Under the pieces are notes generated by a model. The model saw nothing but the letters and a program-made list of their open reading frames with translations. It was not told the DNA's origin and searched no databases. Of a stretch of 64,000 bases of DNA, positions 46,282 through 54,718 are shown in pieces; within the stretch, counting starts at the first letter, position 1; the number at the start of each line of letters is the position of its first letter. The stretch is from Porticoccaceae bacterium (GTDB taxonomy: Bacteria > Pseudomonadota > Gammaproteobacteria > Pseudomonadales > Porticoccaceae): NCBI GenBank assembly GCA_029212965.1, contig JARGOV010000002.1:1638-65637 (forward strand). Direction: 5' to 3'. Both the position numbers and the translations under genes were made by a program.

Positions 46282-46337
46282 TTTGTGAGTTAGCTCTATT
46301 GAGCTGAGCTACTCGCTAGCGTCAGGCTCTGGCGAGC

Positions 46338-47744
46338 CTAGACACTATAGTACATGTCAAATTCAACGGGGTGAGTCGTCATGTTGAGTTTTTCGACTTC
46401 CTCCTGCTTCAGAGCGATGAAAGCATCGATAACGTCGTTATCCATGACGCCGCCAGTCGTGAGGAACTCGCGGTCATTGTCTAGGGCTTCCAGCGCTTGC
46501 TCCAGTGAAGAGGCAACGGTTGGAATAGCGGCTGCTTCTTCAGGGGGCAGGTCATAAAGATCCTTGTCGGCGGGGTCGCCAGGATGGATCTTGTTTTTGA
46601 TCCCATCGAGACCGGCCATCAACATGGCAGTAAAGGCCAGGTAGGGGTTTGCTGTTGGGTCAGGGAAGCGAACTTCAATGCGACGGGCTTTGGGGTTTGG
46701 CACGTGGGGAATGCGGATGGAAGCAGAGCGGTTGCGCGCAGAGTAAGCGAGCATAACGGGTGCTTCAAAGCCGGGTACCAGGCGCTTGTAGGAGTTAGTT
46801 GAAGCGTTGGCAAAGGCGTTAATGGCCCGTGCGTGCTTGATGATGCCGCCAATGTAGAACAGCGCCGTTTCAGACATGCCCGCGTAGACGTCACCGGTGA
46901 AGATGTTGTTGCCATCCTTAGACAATGATTGGTGGCAGTGCATACCAGAGCCGTTGTCACCAACTAATGGCTTGGGCATAAAAGTGGCTGTTTTGCCATA
47001 GGCGTGAGCGACATTGTGTACGCAGTATTTAAAGGTCTGAATTTCATCAGCTTTTTGTGTCAGTGTGGCGGGGCCAACACCAATTTCACATTGGCCGGCA
47101 GTGCCTACTTCATGGTGATGGACTTCAACTTCGAGGCCCATCTGCGTCATTGCTCCACACATGGCAGCACGCAGGTCGTGCAGAGAATCGACGGGAGGCA
47201 CGGGGAAGTAACCGCCTTTAACGCCGGGACGGTGACCCATGTTGCCATCGGGAAAGTCGTGCTCGGTGGCCCAGGCAGCTTCTTCAGAGGCAATTTTGTA
47301 GAATGCACCACTCATGTTGGCGCCCCATTTTACGTCGTCGAAAACGAAAAACTCGGGCTCTGGGCCAAACAGTACAGTATCGGCAATGCCGGTAGAGCGC
47401 ATGTAATCCTGAGCACGGTCAGCGATGGAGCGTGGATCGCGGCTGTAACCCTGCAAGGTCGCTGGCTCAAGGATACCGCAGCGTAAGATGACAGTTTCTT
47501 CATCGGTAAAGGGGTCTAGCACGGACGTGCTGTCATCGGGCATCAAAATCATGTCCGAATCGTTAATGCCTTTCCAGCCAGCAATAGACGAACCGTCGAA
47601 CATCTTGCCTTCATCAAAGAAGTTCTCATCGACCTCCGTTGAGGGGATGGTGACGTGTTGCTCTTTGCCTTGAGTGTCAGTGAAACGCAGATCTACCCAG
47701 CCGGCTTCACTTTCTTTGATGAGATTTAACGTTTTTTCAGACAT
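46338..47744 (-). CDS. glnA: Glutamine synthetase, type I
   Basis: 468-aa GSI with an adenylylation-site context ([10 protein letters not shown]). Confidence 0.95.
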   Translation of the reverse strand: MSEKTLNLIKESEAGWVDLRFTDTQGKEQHVTIPSTEVDENFFDEGKMFDGSSIAGWKGINDSDMILMPDDSTSVLDPFTDEETVILRCGILEPATLQGYSRDPRSIADRAQDYMRSTGIADTVLFGPEPEFFVFDDVKWGANMSGAFYKIASEEAAWATEHDFPDGNMGHRPGVKGGYFPVPPVDSLHDLRAAMCGAMTQMGLEVEVHHHEVGTAGQCEIGVGPATLTQKADEIQTFKYCVHNVAHAYGKTATFMPKPLVGDNGSGMHCHQSLSKDGNNIFTGDVYAGMSETALFYIGGIIKHARAINAFANASTNSYKRLVPGFEAPVMLAYSARNRSASIRIPHVPNPKARRIEVRFPDPTANPYLAFTAMLMAGLDGIKNKIHPGDPADKDLYDLPPEEAAAIPTVASSLEQALEALDNDREFLTTGGVMDNDVIDAFIALKQEEVEKLNMTTHPVEFDMYYSV

Positions 47745-47908
47745 TGATGTCCTCCAGATCTAGATCAGTGTGGTTCTCTTTCACTCACTTCATGTATATA
47801 GACAGGAAAGAGGGCGAATGAGCGTGGAACAAAGTAATGGCAGAATTGTTGGAATGCCATAGTTTCTTTAGCTAGTGTTATTGCGATAAGTCCGCAAGCT
47901 CTAAATTA

Positions 47909-47924
47909 TGCAAAAGTTGCGCCA
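47909..47924 (-). promoter_or_regulatory. Sigma-54 (-24/-12) promoter of glnA
   Basis: The minus strand reads TGGCGC-AACTT-TTGCA, with correct GG-N10-GC spacing and one mismatch to TGGCAC-N5-TTGCA. It lies about 165 nt upstream of the ATG. Confidence 0.7.
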
Positions 47925-48319
47925 CTATCCATATGGTGTGCGGGGATAGCTGTGCAAGGTTTTTTGGTCAAATTGAGAGCGCGAGTTGTCCAAGTTGGTG
48001 CGCAGTATAACCCACAAGCACCAAAAGAGAGCGCTTAAAAACAGGGGGGGTGGTCGCTAGACCCTTTCTGAATATTGATGATAGTGCGGATGGTATTAAT
48101 TGCGATCACTTGAGGGGTGCGTAAGTCGCCACTGAGGAAACCCCTGAATCATCATAATGAATAACAGTTGTTGCATTTGAGGTGGCGTGGCGAATTACAT
48201 CTCTATTTCGATGGCTAAGGATTGTGAGTGTAAATGTCGTGTGTATGATAGGTGCATGAAATAAAGCGTTTGCGATGAATTGCCTGGCAGTAGCAATTAG
48301 TGGAATTCAGAGGTGATCT

Positions 48320-49498
48320 ATGGCTGTAGAATCAAAAGCATCTTCAGGTAAAACTTTATTACCTAAAATATTGCCCACTTGGCTACCTGGAGCAGCGCTC
48401 ATTAATGAGGTCTTTGATTCTCCAGAGGGGACTCCGCGGCCGACAGTCTCACTGCGTTCTGCACTTTTGGTTGGTGCTGACGAGGCACTGCTTGTTGGTC
48501 TGGGTTTGGCCTCGCGGATACGTTTTCCAACCCCTGGCTTTCGTCAGCGTTCGGCCAAGGAAATGGAAGATGCCCTTGAGTATTTTCAAGCAAGTGGTTG
48601 GCTGGATGACCCACGGACTTACCATCAAAAACCTCCCGCTCTCGAAAAGGTGAGTTTCAAAAATTCATCATCTGGGGGCACTAGTTTCGAGCATATGACG
48701 TTTGAAAGTGGCTATGTGCCGCGAATGGGTGAAGCTGGTCGGGCACGCTGGCTCGGTTATGAGAGCAATCATACCAGTCATTGCTGGGTGCTTCGCCATG
48801 CAGGCCCGCCCCGACCTTGGATGATACACATCCATGGCTACCGCATGGGGACACCATACCTGGATTTTAAGGCTTTTAGCACTCAATATATCCACCAAAC
48901 TAAAGGCTTTAATGTTCTCCATTATGTTATTCCCTTGCATGGGCCAAGAAAGATAGGCCCAACCAGTGGTGACGGTTTGTTGTCACCTGGTTATGTCAAT
49001 GCAATACATGCCGAAGCCCAAGCGATGTTTGAATTGCGGCGGATTATTGACTGGTTGCGTCGAGATGGTGCTGAGCAAATAGGTGTTCATGGTATCTCAC
49101 TGGGTGGTTTTACAACGGCTCTGCTGGCGACTCTCGAAGGTAATCTTTCCTGTGTTATTGCTGGCATACCTGCAGTCGAGTTAGTCAAAGCAGCACGTAG
49201 ATTGGGGCGGCGCAACCTGCTGTATTTCTTTGATAACTTAAATATGCCTTGGGATGAAATTGAAAAAATGGCGCAGGTAATATCGCCAACAGCAATGAAG
49301 GTTAAAGTCCCGAAAAAACGGCGTTTTATTTATGCCGGTGTTCTCGACCGCTTGGTTCATCCGGCAGAGCCGCTGGGCTTGTGGGAGCACTGGGATCGTC
49401 CAGCCATAGAATGGTACCAGGGTAATCACATGACATTTGCTCGCGATAAAAATGTTCGCACATTCATTGATAACGCCCTCGATGCATCATTTACTTAA
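48320..49498 (+). CDS. Alpha/beta hydrolase (serine hydrolase, ABHD18-like by recollection)
   Basis: 392-aa ORF with the nucleophile elbow HGISLGG and candidate Asp (GVLDRLV) and His (QGNHMTF). RBS AGAGGTGA is upstream. Confidence 0.7.
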   Translation: MAVESKASSGKTLLPKILPTWLPGAALINEVFDSPEGTPRPTVSLRSALLVGADEALLVGLGLASRIRFPTPGFRQRSAKEMEDALEYFQASGWLDDPRTYHQKPPALEKVSFKNSSSGGTSFEHMTFESGYVPRMGEAGRARWLGYESNHTSHCWVLRHAGPPRPWMIHIHGYRMGTPYLDFKAFSTQYIHQTKGFNVLHYVIPLHGPRKIGPTSGDGLLSPGYVNAIHAEAQAMFELRRIIDWLRRDGAEQIGVHGISLGGFTTALLATLEGNLSCVIAGIPAVELVKAARRLGRRNLLYFFDNLNMPWDEIEKMAQVISPTAMKVKVPKKRRFIYAGVLDRLVHPAEPLGLWEHWDRPAIEWYQGNHMTFARDKNVRTFIDNALDASFT

Positions 49499-49666
49499 AG
49501 TGCCGGGTATTGTCCGATACGCCACGAATGGCTTGCAGGTTTAACATCATAACTGTGAGGAATTTGTATCATGCCTAATGTTTATTATATAAACCTAATT
49601 CGGGTGCGCTGAGCTGACTAGTGCAAGCGCGAAGTATTAGCTTCTTATGGACAATAGGTGGAAATA

Positions 49667-52600
49667 ATGACGGAAAAGGACAGGCCCACTGGTGGTTTTG
49701 AAATTTTAGGTAGTACGTCTCGGCTAGCCGCGGCATTAAAAAATGCATCAGTTTTGGCGCGCTTTGGACGACTCGAGCCGCGCAGGGGTACGCTCTATTC
49801 TGTTCCTCACGAGAGTCCTGTTTATCGCTTGCGTTGTTATGATGTGAAAAATTCTCGGAAAGCTTGTGTGCCCATCATTCTCGTGCCGCCATTAATGATG
49901 AGTGCCGATGTTTTTGACGTTTCAAAAAAAATCAGCGCCGTAGATTATTTGAACGAACAAGGTTTTTCTGTTTGGTTAGTTGATTTTGGTGAGCCTGCTG
50001 ATCAGGAGGGTGGGCTGCATCGAGATATGAGCGACCATGTGGTTGCGGTGAATGATGCTATAGATTTTGTCTATGCTCAGCAGCGTAAGCCAGTGCATTT
50101 GGCGGGATATTGCCAGGGTGGTATTTTCTGCTATCTTGCGGTGGCGTACCGAAAGTCTAAAAACGTAGGCTCGATTGTTTCTTTTGCCGCTCCGGTCAAT
50201 CTTTACAAAAACTTTCTACCTGGGGTGTCTGATGAATTGACCCTCAAGGTTCTAGAGACGATTGGTGAAGCTGTCCCTACAAGTATTTTGCCCTCTTCTA
50301 TTCCAGGCTGGGCGAGCAAAAATCTATTTAGAATGCTGGCCCCAGTCAAACAGCTTCAATCGTGGCTTTCTTTGCTTAAAATGCTCGACGACAAAGATGC
50401 GATACTTAAGGGGGAGGATCAAAGGTCGTTTATGTCTGATGGTTTTGTCGCCTGGCCAGGCCCTGCCATGCTTGAATTTATGCGACAAATGCTGATGGGC
50501 AACCGCATGGTTTCAGGGGGCTGTGTGATTGAAGGGCGAACAGTTTCACTGACAGATATTACCTGCCCAATGCTAGCTGTCATCGGTGGTAATGATTCTA
50601 TAGCCCGTCCTCGTTCGGTTCGCGGTATCGTCGAGGCAGCACCTAACTCAGAGCGTTACCAGCTGTACTTGCCTCAAGCTGGACATCTCGGTGTCTTAGT
50701 TGGCGGGAGTGCGATGAAAAATACTTGGTCTACGGTGAACCATTGGTTGAGTTGGCGGGATGGTAACGCTGATAAACCGGAACGGATTAGCCTACTCGAT
50801 GAGGTGGGTAGCGAAGACAATGCAAGTGCTTCGGAGGAGGGTAATTTAGCGACAGCACTAACCAAGACAATGTTTGGTATGAGCAAGAGCCTTTTGGGTA
50901 CAGCGGGTGATTTACTCGGAAGCACTAAAACATCTCTGCAGACCATGAGCGATAATTTTAGTTCGCAGCTCAGCCATTTGACACGACTACAAAAACTCGA
51001 CTCTGATAGTAAAGTCGGTTTCGCTTTGTCATTGGAAGAGCAAGCAAGAAAATCACCTGACGATACGTATTTTCTCTATGCTGAAAGAGCGCATACCTAT
51101 GCTAATTCTAATCAGCGAGTCGACAATATTGTTCGTGGCTTAATTTCAATTGGGGTTCGTCGAGGCGATCATGTTGGTGTACTTATGCATGCGCGGCCTT
51201 CGGCGTTGGCAACAAATTTGGCGGTTAACCGCTTGGGGGCAGTTGCAGTCCAATTGCGCGACAGGTCCCAGCTCGCCACCGAATTAAAACTTGCTGAAGT
51301 GCAGTACCTTATAGCCGACCCTGAAAATGCACAGGCCGGGGTGACAACCTTTAATGGCCAGACCTATATCCTCGGAGGCTTTGGACGCTCTCGTCGTGAA
51401 TTACCGGAGAGTGTGATTGACATGGAGAAAATTGATCCCTCGCGAGTCGCTTTGCCAGACTGGTATCAACCGTCACCGGGTAAAGCCGATGAAGTGGCAT
51501 TCATTTCCTTTAGTCGCCTAGGGTCTGAAACACATTGCGACAAAATCACTCACCGTCAATGGGCTTTGTATTCTCTGGGTACGGCTTCTGCTACGAGAAT
51601 GGTAAAGGGCGATACGGTTTACTGCTGGACGCCTCTTTATGATCCCACCGGAATGTTAATTGCCGTTAGCGCCTCGTTAGTGGCTGGCGCTCGAATTTGT
51701 CTGGCACGGCAATTTGACACAAATACCTTTTGGCATGAAGTGAGAAGCTATGGTGCGAATATTGTTTTCTATTCTGGCGGTATGTTGCGTGAGTTAGTGG
51801 ATGCTCCCAAACATAAATTGGAGCGTGGTAACAGTATCCGTTTGTTTGCCGGTACCGGTATGCCAGAGGCTTTGAGTCAGCGAGTGGCAGAGCGTTTTGG
51901 TGATGCATCAATAATGGAAATTTACCTGTCTACTCGCCACCATGCCTATTTGGCGAATCTTAAAAATAATAAATCAGGTGCTGTTTTCCAACAACTGCCA
52001 GGTAGTAACGACATTGCTCTAGTTCATTGGGATTACCATACAAATCTACCTTTTTATGATACGGCAGGCTATTTGTGCCCTACCCCGGTTGGAGCGGTAG
52101 GTATGCTACTGGTTAAGGCCGATAATGGAATCAGTTATCGAGATAATACGTATATTTCAGACGTTTTTGAAAAGGGTGATGGTTGGCAAATTTCCGGTGA
52201 CTTGTTCTTGCTAGATAACGATGGGGATTACCACTTTGTTGATCGAGCCAGTAATTTGATCTTGACTAAGGATGATGCAATACCGACGCCGCCTATCGAG
52301 ACTGCGATTAGCACAATAGATGGTATCAGCGTCGCAACTGCTTATGGTGTAACCATAGAAGGTTGCGATTTTCAGGTTCCCGTCGCGTCGGTTGTTCTTA
52401 AAGATAAATTTAAGCTCGTCGCGCTAGATTTAACCACAGCATTGACTGAACAGCTTGATAATAAGAGCTTGCCGCTCGTTGTGATAGTCGCAAATAGTTT
52501 GCCGATGACGCCTAGCTATCAAGTGCAAAAACAAATATTAGCTGATACTGGAATCCCTCAAGGGGGACTCAAAAGGGGGCAGGCATTTTGGTTTAATAAC

Positions 52601-52915
52601 AAATCGGCAAAATATGAATCTCTTACTCAGGCATCATTGTCACGACTCATTCGCGATCTCATTGGCTTGGCCGCTACGGAGTCTGCCACCGCTCGAGCGG
52701 CAACAAAGGGTAGTGCTCTTGAAAAAAAGAGAGTGCCTAAAAAAACGAAAGCTCGTAAGAAGAAAGTCCATACGAAAACGGCCAAAAAAAGAGACCTTTC
52801 TCCGAATATAGTCAAGAAAGAAACTGAACTTAATGGCGGCATGTCGGCGAGTGATATGACTGACGGGGCATCGAGCCTAATTGAAACCACTGGCCAAGAT
52901 GCTCACTTACATTGA
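49667..52915 (+). CDS. Fusion protein: PhaC-like Cys-Asp-His alpha/beta domain + linker + adenylate-forming (FadD/FATP)-like domain + lysine-rich tail
   Basis: The N-terminal ~370 aa parallel the PhaC in this window (QGFSVWLVDFG; GYCQGG with Cys at 50111-13; NDS Asp at 50594-96; AGHLG His at 50684-86). The C-terminal ~500 aa show acyl-CoA synthetase-like blocks (ISGDLFLLDNDGDYHFVDR). The tail is KKRVPKKTKARKKKVHTKTAKKR. The ATG at 49667 follows the SD AGGTGGA. Confidence 0.7.
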   Translation: MTEKDRPTGGFEILGSTSRLAAALKNASVLARFGRLEPRRGTLYSVPHESPVYRLRCYDVKNSRKACVPIILVPPLMMSADVFDVSKKISAVDYLNEQGFSVWLVDFGEPADQEGGLHRDMSDHVVAVNDAIDFVYAQQRKPVHLAGYCQGGIFCYLAVAYRKSKNVGSIVSFAAPVNLYKNFLPGVSDELTLKVLETIGEAVPTSILPSSIPGWASKNLFRMLAPVKQLQSWLSLLKMLDDKDAILKGEDQRSFMSDGFVAWPGPAMLEFMRQMLMGNRMVSGGCVIEGRTVSLTDITCPMLAVIGGNDSIARPRSVRGIVEAAPNSERYQLYLPQAGHLGVLVGGSAMKNTWSTVNHWLSWRDGNADKPERISLLDEVGSEDNASASEEGNLATALTKTMFGMSKSLLGTAGDLLGSTKTSLQTMSDNFSSQLSHLTRLQKLDSDSKVGFALSLEEQARKSPDDTYFLYAERAHTYANSNQRVDNIVRGLISIGVRRGDHVGVLMHARPSALATNLAVNRLGAVAVQLRDRSQLATELKLAEVQYLIADPENAQAGVTTFNGQTYILGGFGRSRRELPESVIDMEKIDPSRVALPDWYQPSPGKADEVAFISFSRLGSETHCDKITHRQWALYSLGTASATRMVKGDTVYCWTPLYDPTGMLIAVSASLVAGARICLARQFDTNTFWHEVRSYGANIVFYSGGMLRELVDAPKHKLERGNSIRLFAGTGMPEALSQRVAERFGDASIMEIYLSTRHHAYLANLKNNKSGAVFQQLPGSNDIALVHWDYHTNLPFYDTAGYLCPTPVGAVGMLLVKADNGISYRDNTYISDVFEKGDGWQISGDLFLLDNDGDYHFVDRASNLILTKDDAIPTPPIETAISTIDGISVATAYGVTIEGCDFQVPVASVVLKDKFKLVALDLTTALTEQLDNKSLPLVVIVANSLPMTPSYQVQKQILADTGIPQGGLKRGQAFWFNNKSAKYESLTQASLSRLIRDLIGLAATESATARAATKGSALEKKRVPKKTKARKKKVHTKTAKKRDLSPNIVKKETELNGGMSASDMTDGASSLIETTGQDAHLH

Positions 52916-53072
52916 GCATCTTGGGAAGCAGGATGAAAGTACACTGCCTCTACGAGTAGTAAAGTGCTTCAGGTGGCAGATAAGTACAGTATTTCTATTT
53001 ATGGGTCGGCCACATAGGCTGGCTTCTTACTTATAGATGGTTTTTGTACTCCAGTACTCAATCAGAAGGCTT

Positions 53073-53103
53073 AGGCATGTATCTGGCGCGCAGATACATG
53101 CCT
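53073..53103. other. Perfect 13-bp stem-loop immediately upstream of thiI
   Basis: AGGCATGTATCTG-GCGCG-CAGATACATGCCT, followed directly by TATAAT (53104-53109) and, 15 nt later, a T6 run. Confidence 0.6.
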
Positions 53104-53147
53104 TATAATGCGCGGTCTTTTTTGTCTTTGGTCTCTGGGTCTTACGC

Positions 53148-54608
53148 ATGCATTTTGTCATTAAATTATTTCCCGAAATTATTATTAAAAGCCCACCTGT
53201 CCGTAAGCGTTTCATTAAACAGTTGCGGGATAACTTACGACGCATGCTCAAGGGACGTTATGCCGGGGTTCAGGTACTTAGCCAGTGGGACAAAATTGAA
53301 GTCGTCGCCGAGGGCGCCGATGCCGAGCGCGATGCGTTTATTAGCCGCTTGCTGGCCAATACCCCGGGAGTGGCCAATTTTTCTCATGTCAGCACTCATC
53401 CTTTGGGCTCTTATGATGAAATGGCTGATTTACTGTGGCCCATGTACGGGGAAAGCCTGAAGGACAGAAGTTTTTGTCTACGCGTAAAGCGCAGCGGTAA
53501 GCATGAATTTAACTCGTCAGAATTTGAGCGCGAGGTTGGCGGGCGCCTGTTTCAGCGTTCTGGTGCAAGTAAGGTACAGCTCAAGGGAGCTGATGTTGAG
53601 ATACGCCTCGATATTCGCGGTCAGGTTCTTTCTGTGCTTGAAAGCACAGTTCAGGGTTTGGGGGGCTTCCCTCTGGGCACACAGGATTCTGTGTTGTCAC
53701 TCATATCCGGCGGGTTCGACTCTACCGTGGCCAGTTATATGGCCATCAAACGGGGTTTGCGTACCCACTATTGTTTTTTCAATCTCGGTGGCCGCGCCCA
53801 CGAGTTGGGCGTTAAAGAGGTCGCCTGGTATTTGTGGGATAAATACGGCGCATCTCATCGGGTGAAGTTTATTACTGTGCCTTTCGAAGACGTTGTAGCA
53901 GAGATTCTCACCAAGGTTGATAACTCCCAAATGGGCGTTGTGCTCAAACGGATGATGTTGAGAGCAGCAACAGAAGTGGCGCAAAGCTGGAAGGTCGAGG
54001 CCATGGTGACGGGCGAGGCTGTGGCTCAAGTCTCCAGCCAGACGCTGACCAACTTGTCAGTGATTGACAGTGTTACCGATATGCTGACGTTACGGCCATT
54101 GGTGACGATGGATAAAAACGCCATTATTGATGTCGCCCGTGCCATTGGCACTGAAGAGTTCGCCGCTAATATGCCGGAATATTGCGGGGTTATTTCGGTC
54201 AAGCCAACCACCCGAGCCAAGCCAGAGAGAATCGAATACGAAGAATCAAAATTTGATTTTGCTGTGCTCGATGCCGCGATTGCCGGGCGCCGTGAAGAAA
54301 ACATCGATCAAATGATGGATGACTGGATCGACCTGCCCAGCGTTGAAGTTTTTTCCGCGCCTCAACCAGGCGCGGTTATTCTCGATATTCGCCATCCCGA
54401 TGAGGTGGAGCGCAAACCCCTCGACGCCGGTGCCACAGATATTGAAAGGGTGCCCTTTTATGCACTGCAAAATAGCTACAAAAAGCTCGACCCCAGCCAG
54501 CACTATTTGCTTTATTGCGATAAGGGCGTGATGAGCCAGTTGCACGCTGAGCTGTTGAAAGATCAAGGCTTTGACAATTTGGCGGTTTATCGCCCGGGTA
54601 CGCCTTAA
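53148..54608 (+). CDS. thiI: tRNA 4-thiouridine(8) synthase ThiI (with C-terminal rhodanese domain)
   Basis: Starts MHFVIKLFPEIIIKS. PP-loop SGGFDS, and a C-terminal rhodanese domain with CDKG. Confidence 0.9.
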   Translation: MHFVIKLFPEIIIKSPPVRKRFIKQLRDNLRRMLKGRYAGVQVLSQWDKIEVVAEGADAERDAFISRLLANTPGVANFSHVSTHPLGSYDEMADLLWPMYGESLKDRSFCLRVKRSGKHEFNSSEFEREVGGRLFQRSGASKVQLKGADVEIRLDIRGQVLSVLESTVQGLGGFPLGTQDSVLSLISGGFDSTVASYMAIKRGLRTHYCFFNLGGRAHELGVKEVAWYLWDKYGASHRVKFITVPFEDVVAEILTKVDNSQMGVVLKRMMLRAATEVAQSWKVEAMVTGEAVAQVSSQTLTNLSVIDSVTDMLTLRPLVTMDKNAIIDVARAIGTEEFAANMPEYCGVISVKPTTRAKPERIEYEESKFDFAVLDAAIAGRREENIDQMMDDWIDLPSVEVFSAPQPGAVILDIRHPDEVERKPLDAGATDIERVPFYALQNSYKKLDPSQHYLLYCDKGVMSQLHAELLKDQGFDNLAVYRPGTP

Positions 54609-54718
54609 GGCGCTTGGCGTGAAACGTAAGCGGGATTTTTATTTGTTAGCGGTACAATGACTTCGGGCGCCTTTTTCACTATAATGCGCCCACTTTTTTC
54701 CCCGCGAAAACCTATCCC

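Noticed and set aside
48211-48264. 17-codon Cys-rich mini-ORF (MAKDCECKCRVYDRCMK) upstream of the hydrolase gene
   Set aside because: It has no Shine-Dalgarno sequence and is too short to evaluate. It could be chance in an AT-rich leader. It is noted only in case ribosome profiling shows a leader peptide.
53044-53460. 138-aa ORF overlapping the thiI start
   Set aside because: It is out of frame with the clearly identified ThiI N-terminus (MHFVIKLFPEIIIKS) and spans the hairpin and promoter region, so it is spurious.
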